Shown piece by piece: positions 23,667-32,000 of a DNA stretch of 32,000 nucleotides. The notes under the pieces are model-generated. The model searched no databases. It saw only the letters and a list, made by a program, of their open reading frames with translations, and had not been told where the DNA came from. Made by a program: the position numbers and the translations under genes. Position 1 is the first letter of the stretch. Each line of letters begins with the position of its first letter. Source of the stretch: Gammaproteobacteria bacterium (lineage in GTDB: Bacteria; Pseudomonadota; Gammaproteobacteria; Steroidobacterales; Steroidobacteraceae); the NCBI GenBank assembly GCA_016874055.1, contig VGVG01000004.1, positions 123-32,122 on the forward strand, given 5' to 3'.

Positions 23667-25133
23667 TCACGAGATCCGATAGTTCGGTGCTTCTTTGGTA
23701 ATGGTCACGTCGTGTACGTGCGATTCGCGTACGCCTGCCGTCGTGATGCGCACAAAGGTTGGCCGTGTACGCATCTGCTCGATGTTTTGACTGCCCGTGT
23801 AACCCATTGCTGCACGCAGTCCTCCGGCGAGCTGGTGCAGGATGGCGACAAGACTACCCTTATACGGTACGCGACCTTCGATGCCCTCAGGAACGAGTTT
23901 TTCGAGTTCGGTCGTGGTGTCCTGAAAATAGCGATCGCTCGAGCCGTGACGCTCAGCCATAGCACCGAGCGAACCCATACCGCGATAGCTTTTAAAGCTC
24001 GCGCCCTGAAAGAGCTCGACTTCCCCAGGAGATTCTTCGGTGCCGGCGAAGAGCCCACCAATCATCACGGCGTGAGCGCCGGCAGCGATGGCTTTTGCGA
24101 TGTCACCCGAGTATCTAATACCGCCGTCTGCGATGAGCGGTACGTCGGTGCCCGCAATGGCCGCCGCGACATTTGCGACTGCAGAAATCTGCGGCACACC
24201 GACACCCGCCACAATGCGGGTCGTACAGATCGATCCCGGACCGATGCCAACCTTGATGCCGTCGACACCCGCCTTGACCAAGGCCTGCGCCGCCTCAGCA
24301 GTGACGATGTTGCCGGCGATCACCTGCAGCGTCGGCCAGCGCGACTTGATGCGCTCGACCATTTGAATGACGCCGCGGGAGTGTCCGTGGGACGAATCGA
24401 CTACGATAGCGTCGACTCCTACTTCGACGAGCGCCGCGACGCGATCAGAGAGGTCGAGCGAGGTGCCGACGGCTGCACCGACGCGCAAACGACCGCTGCT
24501 GTCTTTGCAGGCTCGCGGACGCTCGGTAGCCTTCTGGATATCTTTAACCGTGATGAGCCCCTTAAGCTCGCCACCCTCACCGACGACGAGCACTTTCTCG
24601 ATCCGGTGTTTGTGGAACAGCTGCAGAACGTCTTCTTTCGGTGCATTTTCCCGCGCCGTGACGAGACGCTCCTTGGGCGTCATCACCGACGAAACCGGAT
24701 TGTCGAGTTGGGTTTCGAAACGAAGGTCGCGGCTCGTGACGATACCAACTACTTTATCGCCCTTCACCACCGGCATGCCGGAGATGCCGCGCGCCTTGGT
24801 GAGCTCCAGCACCTGACGGATAGTGGTATCGGGCAATACCGTGATGGGATCGAGCACCACGCCACTTTCGAATTTCTTGACCCGAGCGACCTCAAGCGTC
24901 TGGGCTTCTATGGTCATGCTCTTGTGAACGATGCCGATGCCGCCCTCCTGCGCGATGGCGATGGCGAGGCGGGCCTCGGTCACCGTGTCCATAGCCGCCG
25001 AGATAAGCGGTAAATTGAGGTGGATATTGCGCGTCAGGCGGGTCGACAAATCAACCTCGGGCGGCAGAACCTCCGAATAAGCCGGTACCAAAAGCACGTC
25101 ATCGAAAGTGAGTGCTTCCTGCAGGATACGCAT
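23667..25133 (-). CDS. guaB: IMP dehydrogenase
   Basis: [24 protein letters not shown]..., CBS pair, and the catalytic loop [14 protein letters not shown] 25133 gives 488 aa, and the 503-aa ORF extension is discounted. It lies 10 nt upstream of guaA. Confidence 0.95.
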   Translation of the reverse strand: MRILQEALTFDDVLLVPAYSEVLPPEVDLSTRLTRNIHLNLPLISAAMDTVTEARLAIAIAQEGGIGIVHKSMTIEAQTLEVARVKKFESGVVLDPITVLPDTTIRQVLELTKARGISGMPVVKGDKVVGIVTSRDLRFETQLDNPVSSVMTPKERLVTARENAPKEDVLQLFHKHRIEKVLVVGEGGELKGLITVKDIQKATERPRACKDSSGRLRVGAAVGTSLDLSDRVAALVEVGVDAIVVDSSHGHSRGVIQMVERIKSRWPTLQVIAGNIVTAEAAQALVKAGVDGIKVGIGPGSICTTRIVAGVGVPQISAVANVAAAIAGTDVPLIADGGIRYSGDIAKAIAAGAHAVMIGGLFAGTEESPGEVELFQGASFKSYRGMGSLGAMAERHGSSDRYFQDTTTELEKLVPEGIEGRVPYKGSLVAILHQLAGGLRAAMGYTGSQNIEQMRTRPTFVRITTAGVRESHVHDVTITKEAPNYRIS

Positions 25134-25237
25134 ACGGGAGACCGTCCAATAAGCTATCGGACAGCGCATTCTACGCACCCCGGCCGACCCGGTAAACTTG
25201 TCTTGATCAAAGGCCTCTCTCTACACCGGAACCCCAC

Positions 25238-26614
25238 TTGCCCGACACCCGTTCAGCTCCCGCCGACCGCGACGTCTATAGCGTTGGGCGCCTCAACAAA
25301 GAGGTCCGGATGCTGCTCGAGCACGGAATACCGTCGCTCTGGATCGAAGGGGAAATCTCGAATTTTTCGCGGCCTGCCTCCGGACACTGGTACTTCACGC
25401 TGAAGGACCGCGACAGTCAGGTGCGATGCGCGATGTTCCGCGGACGTAACGCCCTGCTGCGATTCACGCCGACCGATGGTCAGCGCGTCCTGGCGCGAGC
25501 GCGGGTCACGCTCTTCGAGCCCCGGGGTGAGTACCAACTGCAGGTCGAGCATCTCGAAGATTCCGGCGTCGGCGCCTTACGCCGCGAGTACGAACGCCTC
25601 AAGACTCGGCTCGAGGCCGAGGGTCTCTTCGATTCGTCAAAAAAAAGATCCCTACCGATCGTACCGAACTGCATTGGCGTCATCACCTCGCCCACCGGCG
25701 CAGCGATCCGCGACATCCTGAGTATTTTGGGCCGGCGTTTTCCTGTAGCACGAGTGATCATCTATCCGACTGCCGTCCAGGGACGCGCTGCCGTGCCGCA
25801 GTTGCTCGAGGCGCTATCACTGGCTGCGGCTCGAAACGAATGCGACGTCCTGATCGTCGCCCGTGGTGGTGGCTCCATCGAAGATCTTTGGGCCTTTAAT
25901 GATGAAGGGGTCGCTCGTAAAATTCGCGACTTGCCGATGCCGGTCGTCACCGGTATCGGTCACGAAATCGATTTCACGATTGCGGATTTTGTCGCAGATC
26001 TGCGAGCACCGACACCCTCGGGTGCAGCCGAGCTCGTCGTGCCGGATGGCGCAGGCTGGCGAGCGAGCTTCGCGCGGCTTGCCCAACGACTTGCGCAAGC
26101 GCTGCGCCGTCAACTGCGTAGCGACAGCGATTATCTTGTGGCCTTGCGACGTCGACTCGTACTCACGCATCCGGGACAACGGCTACGCCAGAATTCTCAG
26201 CGTCTCGATGATCTGGAGCAACGACTCAGCAGTCGAGTTCAGTTACTGCTCGCCGATCGACAGCATCGATTGCAAAGTCTGACGACGCGACTCGCTAGAA
26301 CCTCACCAAAAATCGAACTTCAGCGGCTATCGAATCGTCATGCCCTTCTCGATAGCCGCCTGCGCAGTACGTTACCCAAACGACTCGCGACCTTGCGCCA
26401 GACACTCGGCACACTCGCACGTACGCTCGATGCAGTAAGTCCACTCGCGACACTCGATCGGGGATTCGCGCTCGTCACGCGGGTGGCTGACGGAGCACTC
26501 TTACGCGATGCTGATGCCGTGGGCGTACGCGATCTCATCGATGCGCGCCTCGCTAACGGCACGCTGCGCGCCGAAGTCGTCGAGCATCTCGAGGAGAAAA
26601 AAAGTGATCTATAG
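25238..26614 (+). CDS. xseA: exodeoxyribonuclease VII large subunit
   Basis: OB-fold N-terminus VYSVGRLNKEVRMLLE...LWIEGEISNFSRPASGHWYFTLKD, the catalytic core GVITSPTGAAIRDI...ARGGGSIEDLWAFN, and a coiled-coil tail. It is divergent from guaBA as in enterics. TTG start at 25238. Confidence 0.9.
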   Translation: MPDTRSAPADRDVYSVGRLNKEVRMLLEHGIPSLWIEGEISNFSRPASGHWYFTLKDRDSQVRCAMFRGRNALLRFTPTDGQRVLARARVTLFEPRGEYQLQVEHLEDSGVGALRREYERLKTRLEAEGLFDSSKKRSLPIVPNCIGVITSPTGAAIRDILSILGRRFPVARVIIYPTAVQGRAAVPQLLEALSLAAARNECDVLIVARGGGSIEDLWAFNDEGVARKIRDLPMPVVTGIGHEIDFTIADFVADLRAPTPSGAAELVVPDGAGWRASFARLAQRLAQALRRQLRSDSDYLVALRRRLVLTHPGQRLRQNSQRLDDLEQRLSSRVQLLLADRQHRLQSLTTRLARTSPKIELQRLSNRHALLDSRLRSTLPKRLATLRQTLGTLARTLDAVSPLATLDRGFALVTRVADGALLRDADAVGVRDLIDARLANGTLRAEVVEHLEEKKSDL

Positions 26615-27482
26615 CCGGGGGATTTCCCTGTCGTGGGTCGGGGTGCTGCTGTCGTGCGCTTCAATCAGCGCCTCAGGTGTTAGCATTCTGCCGAATCCAC
26701 TGTCCGTACCCGGTGGTGTCGTCATCCTCGATTTGCCGGAAGATTCCTCCAAACCTCCCGTCGTCACGTTCGAAGGTAATCGGGTGATGGTGGTTCCGAA
26801 CGGACACGGCTGGCGCGCAGTCATTGGTATTCCGCTCGCTCGCGAACCCGGCACGGCGAAGATCGAAATCCGGTCAGGCAACACGACACTTTCTCAGGGC
26901 TTCACCATCGAAGGCAAAGCGTATGCGACACAACGACTCAAAGTCGCTCCGAGGCACGTTGATCTGTCTCCCGAGGATGCAGCGAGGGTCGCCAGTGAGC
27001 AACTGAGGATACGCGAAGCAGTCGGCACTTTCAGTGCGGCACTCCCCCTGACCCTCAAGTTTGCATCACCCGTGCGCGGTCCGCACTCGTCGTCTTTCGG
27101 ACTACGGCGCGTGTTCAACAACCAACCGCGTAATCCCCATTCGGGTATGGATATCGCTGCACCTGTTGGCACGACCGTATTCGCGCCAGCGCCGGGCAAA
27201 GTGATCGAGATCGGTGACTTCTTCTTCAACGGCAAATCGGTATTTATCGATCACGGCCAGGGCCTCGTGACCCTCTACTGCCACTTGAGCGAGATCAGCG
27301 TAACGCCCGGAACCGAAGTAAAAACCGGGGACAAGATTGGCGAAGTCGGTGCGACGGGTCGCGTGACCGGCCCGCACCTGCATTGGGGCGTCGCACTCAA
27401 CCGCGCTTTCGTGGACCCTGCGCTTTTCCTCGACCTGACGAGCGCCCACGCTTCGAGGGGTCGGGCTTCGGGCGCCCCCTGA
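26604..27482 (+). CDS. M23-family peptidoglycan metalloendopeptidase
   Basis: HSGMDIAAPVGTTVFAPAPGKV...IDHGQGLVTLYCHLS...GATGRVTGPHLHWGV. There is a signal peptide after GTG 26604 (GAGGAG upstream), and the start overlaps the xseA stop by 11 nt. Confidence 0.85.
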   Translation: MIYSRGISLSWVGVLLSCASISASGVSILPNPLSVPGGVVILDLPEDSSKPPVVTFEGNRVMVVPNGHGWRAVIGIPLAREPGTAKIEIRSGNTTLSQGFTIEGKAYATQRLKVAPRHVDLSPEDAARVASEQLRIREAVGTFSAALPLTLKFASPVRGPHSSSFGLRRVFNNQPRNPHSGMDIAAPVGTTVFAPAPGKVIEIGDFFFNGKSVFIDHGQGLVTLYCHLSEISVTPGTEVKTGDKIGEVGATGRVTGPHLHWGVALNRAFVDPALFLDLTSAHASRGRASGAP

Positions 27483-28806
27483 GCCTCGCGTAAGGATTAG
27501 CGTCGGTGCGGTACTCCACCGCGACCGGCGACGCAAAGAGATCGAACGCCCTCCGAAAAACGTTGGCGAGATAACGCGTATAGGCCTCGGGTACATGCAC
27601 GGTCTGATTGCCGTGAATAATGATTCGCGGCGGGTTCCGCCCACCCTGATGCGCATACCGTAACTTGATACGGCGACCCCGAACAAGCGGTGGCTGATGT
27701 TGTTCGATAGCCTGCCCTAAAGTCTTAGTGAGACGCGGCGTCGGAATTTCTGTCATCGCTGCGTCATACGCCTTAGTAGTTGAGGCGACGAGTTCACCGA
27801 CTCCCGTCCCATGGCGTGCAGAGATGAAATGCACCGGCGCATAGGGGACGAAGTCGAGCTTAAGTTCGAGCAGACGACGAATTTCATCGCGCTGCTCCAT
27901 GGGGATACCATCCCATTTATTGACTGCGATGATGAGCGCGCGCCCGCGTTGCAGCGCAAGTCCGAGTACGTTGGCATCTTGCTCACCAATACTGTCGTGC
28001 GCATCGATCACGAAAATAACGACGTGGGCCGAATCGATGGCCTGCAGCGTTTTGGCTACGCTCGCCTTTTCGACTTCGTCCTCGACCTTACCGCGACGAC
28101 GTACGCCCGCAGTGTCGATCAGCATGAACTCACGATCATCACGAATAAAGGGTACGAAGATGCTGTCACGCGTTGTCCCAGGCATATCGCTCACAATGAC
28201 CCGTTCTTCGCCGAGAAGACGGTTGACGAGCGTCGACTTACCGACATTCGGACGGCCGATGATCGCTAGTCTGATGCGACCATCGTCTAATGATTGCTCT
28301 GCTGCAATCTCCTCGGCATTAAAATCTTTCAGCACGACCGACATTAGCTCGCGGCATCGGTCGCCGTGCGCCGCCGCGATCGCGATAGGCTCACCGAGTC
28401 CCAAAGAATGAAAGTCTGCTGCAGCCATTGAGGGGTCGAGACCCTCCGCCTTGTTGACTGCGAGTACGACCTTTTTTCCCGATCGTCGAAGCTCGCGCGT
28501 GACCCAATGATCTTGCAGCGTGAGGCCGCGGCGCGCCTCTGCTAAAAATACGAGTACGTCGGCTTCCTCGATTGCCCGCTCTGTCTGCAGACGCATCGGC
28601 GTCTCGATGCCTGATGGCTGCTCGACCAGACCTCCCGTGTCCACGACTACGTAAGGTGTCGGACCAAGACGTCCGTAGCCGTACTGGCGATCTCGGGTTA
28701 CCCCCGGAATGTCGGCGACGAGCGCATCTCGTGTGCCAGTCAGGCGATTGAAGAGAGTCGATTTACCGACGTTGGGCCGACCGACGAGGACGACAACAGG
28801 AAGCAT
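27397..28806 (-). CDS. der: ribosome-biogenesis GTPase Der (EngA)
   Basis: Two tandem G domains (GRPNVGKSTLFNRL appears twice), a KH-like C-terminal domain and a basic tail. Confidence 0.95.
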   Translation of the reverse strand: MLPVVVLVGRPNVGKSTLFNRLTGTRDALVADIPGVTRDRQYGYGRLGPTPYVVVDTGGLVEQPSGIETPMRLQTERAIEEADVLVFLAEARRGLTLQDHWVTRELRRSGKKVVLAVNKAEGLDPSMAAADFHSLGLGEPIAIAAAHGDRCRELMSVVLKDFNAEEIAAEQSLDDGRIRLAIIGRPNVGKSTLVNRLLGEERVIVSDMPGTTRDSIFVPFIRDDREFMLIDTAGVRRRGKVEDEVEKASVAKTLQAIDSAHVVIFVIDAHDSIGEQDANVLGLALQRGRALIIAVNKWDGIPMEQRDEIRRLLELKLDFVPYAPVHFISARHGTGVGELVASTTKAYDAAMTEIPTPRLTKTLGQAIEQHQPPLVRGRRIKLRYAHQGGRNPPRIIIHGNQTVHVPEAYTRYLANVFRRAFDLFASPVAVEYRTDANPYARLRGRPKPDPSKRGRSSGRGKAQGPRKRG

Positions 28807-28851
28807 GATGAGTTCTCTCGCTCGGGGAAGTCGGGAGTGCGCTCGAGGCCT

Positions 28852-30012
28852 TTACGCCTTCGGACGCAGCGCCGTCACACGACCCTCGTCGTCTTGAAAG
28901 ATTACGAGGTCGCCGACCACCACCGGCGCATTGCTCGTGCGGCCACCAATCTTGGTACGCGCCAAGAATGCGCCCGTGTCACCATCGAGCCAATGGACGT
29001 AACCCTCAAAATCGGCCACGGCGATGTAATTACCGACGATTACAGGCGCTGACAGACGACGCATGCGTAATCCGTCTTGACGCCAAAGATCAACGCCGGT
29101 ACGACGCCGCAGTGCGACAACCTCACCCGTGGCTCCGGCGACCACCACGCGCTCCTCGTCCACCGCCAATCCGCGATAACTCGAAATTTCACGCGACCAC
29201 CAGATCTGCCCAGTATCGGCGGCAAGCATAGCGACGCGCCCCTGAAACCCCGCGACAAAAACATCGACGCCTAAAACTTTGACGGCCGAGTCGATGTCGA
29301 CGAGGCGTTCAAGCTCTGTGCGCCCTTTGGGAGGCGAAATCAATTGGTCCCACAAGATTTCGCCGCGAGCGGTCTCAACGGAGATAACGCGACCATTGTC
29401 GAATCCACAGAATGCAGCGTTGCCCGCAACGAGCGGCGCGCCGGTACCGCGCAGGGTCAGGCGCGGGATTTGTTGGTATTCGCGCCATAGCTCCCGTCCG
29501 TCTTCAAGCGATAGGCCAAGCAGTCGACCTGCAACCGTACGCACGATCACGGCATCGGCACTGACGGCCGGTGCCGCCAAGACTTCGCCTCCGACCCCCG
29601 CGCTCCAGCGCCGTGTTCCCGTCGCGGCATCGAACGCGATGACTTCGCCGTCCGCGCTACCGACCACAACGAGTCCGCCGCCCGCTCCCGGACCACCGGA
29701 CAAAGTGACACCTGTCTTCGCGCGCCAAACAACTTTGCCGTTGGCCGATTGAAGGGCGACCACCTCGCCACCGCGACCGGCTGCAAACACTTGATCACCC
29801 AAAGCCGTCGGCGAGAGACCGCTCCGCATGACCTCATCGCCTCCAACCACCGACGTACTCCATACGCGCCCTACGGTGATCGATTCGGTAAAGTCGACAA
29901 GTTCGGCGGGAGGATCGATTTCTTTGTCCTTATCGCAGGCAACGAACGCAGCGAGCAGCACCGCCGCGGCAGCGAGCCGAGGCAGACGGTTTGAGAGGGT
30001 GCCGCTTAGCAA
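28852..30012 (-). CDS. bamB: outer-membrane protein assembly factor BamB
   Basis: Lipobox LLAAFVAC and an eight-bladed PQQ-like beta-propeller repeat pattern. It sits between yfgM and der. TTG 30012 has AGGAG 7 nt upstream. Confidence 0.9.
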   Translation of the reverse strand: MLSGTLSNRLPRLAAAAVLLAAFVACDKDKEIDPPAELVDFTESITVGRVWSTSVVGGDEVMRSGLSPTALGDQVFAAGRGGEVVALQSANGKVVWRAKTGVTLSGGPGAGGGLVVVGSADGEVIAFDAATGTRRWSAGVGGEVLAAPAVSADAVIVRTVAGRLLGLSLEDGRELWREYQQIPRLTLRGTGAPLVAGNAAFCGFDNGRVISVETARGEILWDQLISPPKGRTELERLVDIDSAVKVLGVDVFVAGFQGRVAMLAADTGQIWWSREISSYRGLAVDEERVVVAGATGEVVALRRRTGVDLWRQDGLRMRRLSAPVIVGNYIAVADFEGYVHWLDGDTGAFLARTKIGGRTSNAPVVVGDLVIFQDDEGRVTALRPKA

Positions 30013-30035
30013 GGGTGACTCCTGCAGCGCTGAGT

Positions 30036-30710
30036 TCAGGGTTTGAGCGGCGTCTGTACGCCATCCGATTCAACATCCCAGATCTTTAGGCGCAAGCCGT
30101 CGAGATCGATGGTGGCAGGGCGGGTGCCGTTGCCCGCCGCTGCAGCCTCGGCTTCACGCCATGCAGCGAGCGCACCGGCGCGATCACCCTTGGCGAGTAA
30201 CGCATCCCCTCGGACTTCGTCGAAGCGTGCCACAAAACCGCCCGGTTCCGCGCCCTCGAGAGTCTTTAGCGCCGCATCAGCATTGTTCTGCGCGACCTGC
30301 ACGCGCGCGAGACGTACTCGAGCGAGCAGCTGAAGTTGTGGATCATCGGAGTTCGCCATCACTTGCGTGAGACGCTCTGCCGCCTTTCCAAGCTCGCCGG
30401 TGTCGACGTGCACGCGCGCGCCGAGGAGATCGGCTTGATCAGCGTAGGCCGACGATCCAAATTCTTTACGAAGCTCATCGATCGCCGTGAGGACTGCGGC
30501 ACGATCGCCACGCTCCAGTGTTTGCAGGATATCGTTGTAAGCAATACTCGCCTCAACGTGACGACGCTCGACACGCGCTTCGTACCAACGCCAGCCTGCC
30601 AATGCACCAAGCCCGATGATGACGCCCACAATGAGCCAAGGACCATTCTCCCGCAACCAGCGCTTAACACGCTCCCACTGCTCCTGCTCGTTGTAGTAAT
30701 CGTCGATCAA
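30036..30710 (-). CDS. yfgM: YfgM-family TPR-like membrane-anchored protein (ancillary SecYEG subunit)
   Basis: N-terminal WLRENGPWLIVGVIIGL anchor and a TPR-like periplasmic domain. Conserved position between hisS and bamB. TTG start at 30710. Confidence 0.8.
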   Translation of the reverse strand: MIDDYYNEQEQWERVKRWLRENGPWLIVGVIIGLGALAGWRWYEARVERRHVEASIAYNDILQTLERGDRAAVLTAIDELRKEFGSSAYADQADLLGARVHVDTGELGKAAERLTQVMANSDDPQLQLLARVRLARVQVAQNNADAALKTLEGAEPGGFVARFDEVRGDALLAKGDRAGALAAWREAEAAAAGNGTRPATIDLDGLRLKIWDVESDGVQTPLKP

Positions 30711-30724
30711 GGGCGTCTCTCCTG

Positions 30725-32000
30725 CTAAGAATTCTTTGAGCTATAGACCATCAGCCAATGGTCAACGGCAGATACTGCTTGCTCGATCTTTACTTCTGCG
30801 GGCTCGCCCGTCCCCCCGCGCAGCGGCTTCAACTGCACCACGCCGCGCCCAAGCTCGTCCTCGCCGAGCACCAGTGCGAGCGGCGCACCGCTGCGGTCAG
30901 CACGCCGGAATTGGACTTTGAGGTTACCGCCACCGAGGTTGAGTTCGACACGGCGTCGCGGCGATTTACGGCGAAGCTCGTCCGCGACTCGCATGGCCAC
31001 ACGGGTCGACGCTTCGCCTTGAGCGACAAAGTAAACATCGGACGTTTGAGCTACGGGCGCCGAGCCCGCTTGTTCAATGAGCGCCACAGCACGCTCCACA
31101 CCCATGGCAAAACCGATCGCGGGAGTGGTTTCGCCGCCAAGCTGCGTAATCAAGCCATCGTAGCGGCCACCCGAACAAACGGCATCCTGCGCGCCGAGCA
31201 CATCGGTAATCCACTCGAACACAGTGCGCGAGTAATAGTCGAGACCACGCACGAGATACGGGTTCACTTCGTAGGTGATACCCAGCGAGTCGAGCAGACT
31301 GCGAAGGTCCGCGAAGTGCTGCCGGCTCTCTTGATCTAGATGCTCAAGCAGCAAAGGCGCACCGGCGATGATCGCCTGCATCTCCGGATTTTTACTATCG
31401 AGGATACGCAGCGGATTCCCTTCTAGCCGACGCTGACTGTCGACATCGAGTTTCGCGTGATGCTGACGGAAGTACCGCGTCACCACTTCGCGATAGGCGA
31501 AACGCGACTCCGGCGAACCGAGCGAGTTGATCTGCAGCCGTACTCGATCGATGCCGAGGCGGCGCCAGAAGGAAGCCGACAGCGCGATGAGTTCTGCATC
31601 GATGTCGGGTCCAGCAAAACCCACAGCTTCCACGTCGATCTGGTGAAACTGACGGAACCGCCCCTTCTGCGGTCTCTCGTGGCGGAACATCGGTCCGGTG
31701 CACCACACCTTGTGACGCGCACCGCGCAACATACCGTTGGAAATCATGGCGCGGACCATACCTGCCGTAGCCTCAGGCCGCAGCGTCAGTCGCTCGCCGC
31801 CCTTATCCTCGAAGCTGTACATCTCTTTTTCGACAACGTCGGTCAACTCACCAATCGCGCGCTTGAAAAGATCGGTCTGCTCAACGATCGGTACACGCAT
31901 TTCATCGTAAGCATGCGCGCTCAAAATTTCCCGAGCGACCAACTCAAGCCACTGCCACCGCGCGATCTCCGTCGGCAGCACGTCGTTCATGCCTTTGACG
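30725..32000 (-). CDS. hisS: histidine--tRNA ligase (5' end runs off the window)
   Basis: RVPIVEQTDLFKRAIGELTDVVEKEMYSF..LRPE.T....R and class II motifs. The frame stays open upstream of ATG 31990 (VKGMNDVLP matches the conserved GMND..P about 9 codons into HisS), so the true start is beyond 32000. Confidence 0.93.
   Translation of the reverse strand, partial: VKGMNDVLPTEIARWQWLELVAREILSAHAYDEMRVPIVEQTDLFKRAIGELTDVVEKEMYSFEDKGGERLTLRPEATAGMVRAMISNGMLRGARHKVWCTGPMFRHERPQKGRFRQFHQIDVEAVGFAGPDIDAELIALSASFWRRLGIDRVRLQINSLGSPESRFAYREVVTRYFRQHHAKLDVDSQRRLEGNPLRILDSKNPEMQAIIAGAPLLLEHLDQESRQHFADLRSLLDSLGITYEVNPYLVRGLDYYSRTVFEWITDVLGAQDAVCSGGRYDGLITQLGGETTPAIGFAMGVERAVALIEQAGSAPVAQTSDVYFVAQGEASTRVAMRVADELRRKSPRRRVELNLGGGNLKVQFRRADRSGAPLALVLGEDELGRGVVQLKPLRGGTGEPAEVKIEQAVSAVDHWLMVYSSKNS

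Noticed and set aside
23640-25013. 457-aa ORF on the + strand
   Set aside because: It is entirely antisense to the well-supported guaB gene. Its Arg/Asp/His-rich, low-complexity composition is typical of shadow ORFs in high-GC DNA.
27102-27686. 194-aa minus-strand ORF spanning the M23 peptidase/der junction
   Set aside because: It is out of frame with der and antisense to the M23 gene, and it has no motifs.
1-32000. Search by eye for tRNA/tmRNA genes, rRNA, CRISPR arrays and riboswitch-like leaders (for example upstream of the TonB-dependent receptor)
   Set aside because: I saw no regularly spaced direct repeats with unique spacers and no tRNA-like T-arm/acceptor patterns at the island junctions, where the att site is the guaA terminus instead. 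The 102-nt receptor/ggt intergenic region is too short for a cobalamin-type riboswitch. Absence cannot be proven without covariance-model scans.

Overview
High-GC (~60% by hand count of sample lines) gammaproteobacterial chromosome. The backbone carries two conserved neighbourhoods. On the right are hisS-yfgM-bamB-der (minus strand), an M23 peptidase, xseA and the divergent guaB-guaA. On the left are a DUF2147 gene, a translationally coupled membrane protein-pabC-pabB-DASS transporter operon, a padR/pspC-domain pair, a decayed M24 peptidase gene and a PQQ-dependent sugar dehydrogenase. The accessory content lies between about 9.25 and 22.07 kb, directly downstream of guaA. The last 15 nt of guaA are repeated at 9251-9265, and the interval between the two copies is a compositional mosaic. 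From the guaA side it contains: an AT-rich 450-aa tyrosine integrase with an array of TAGGTAGTT repeats; a 471-bp IS21-derived miniature element next to a truncated second integrase; and an intermediate-GC module with a minimal rolling-circle (HUH) Rep-like gene, phased repeats, a FimB/FimE-sized tyrosine recombinase and several orphan ORFs. Further in there is a high-GC block (TonB-dependent receptor plus gamma-glutamyltransferase) bounded by two truncated sugar-kinase genes, and then a small AT-rich two-gene module. A separate ~1.1 kb AT-rich islet (5.4-6.5 kb) carries an unusual P-loop kinase / NMN-adenylyltransferase-like fusion and is flanked by two diverged copies of the 3' end of the pspC-domain gene. 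I found no tRNA, rRNA or CRISPR array. All functional calls come from motif recognition by eye and have not been tested by searches.
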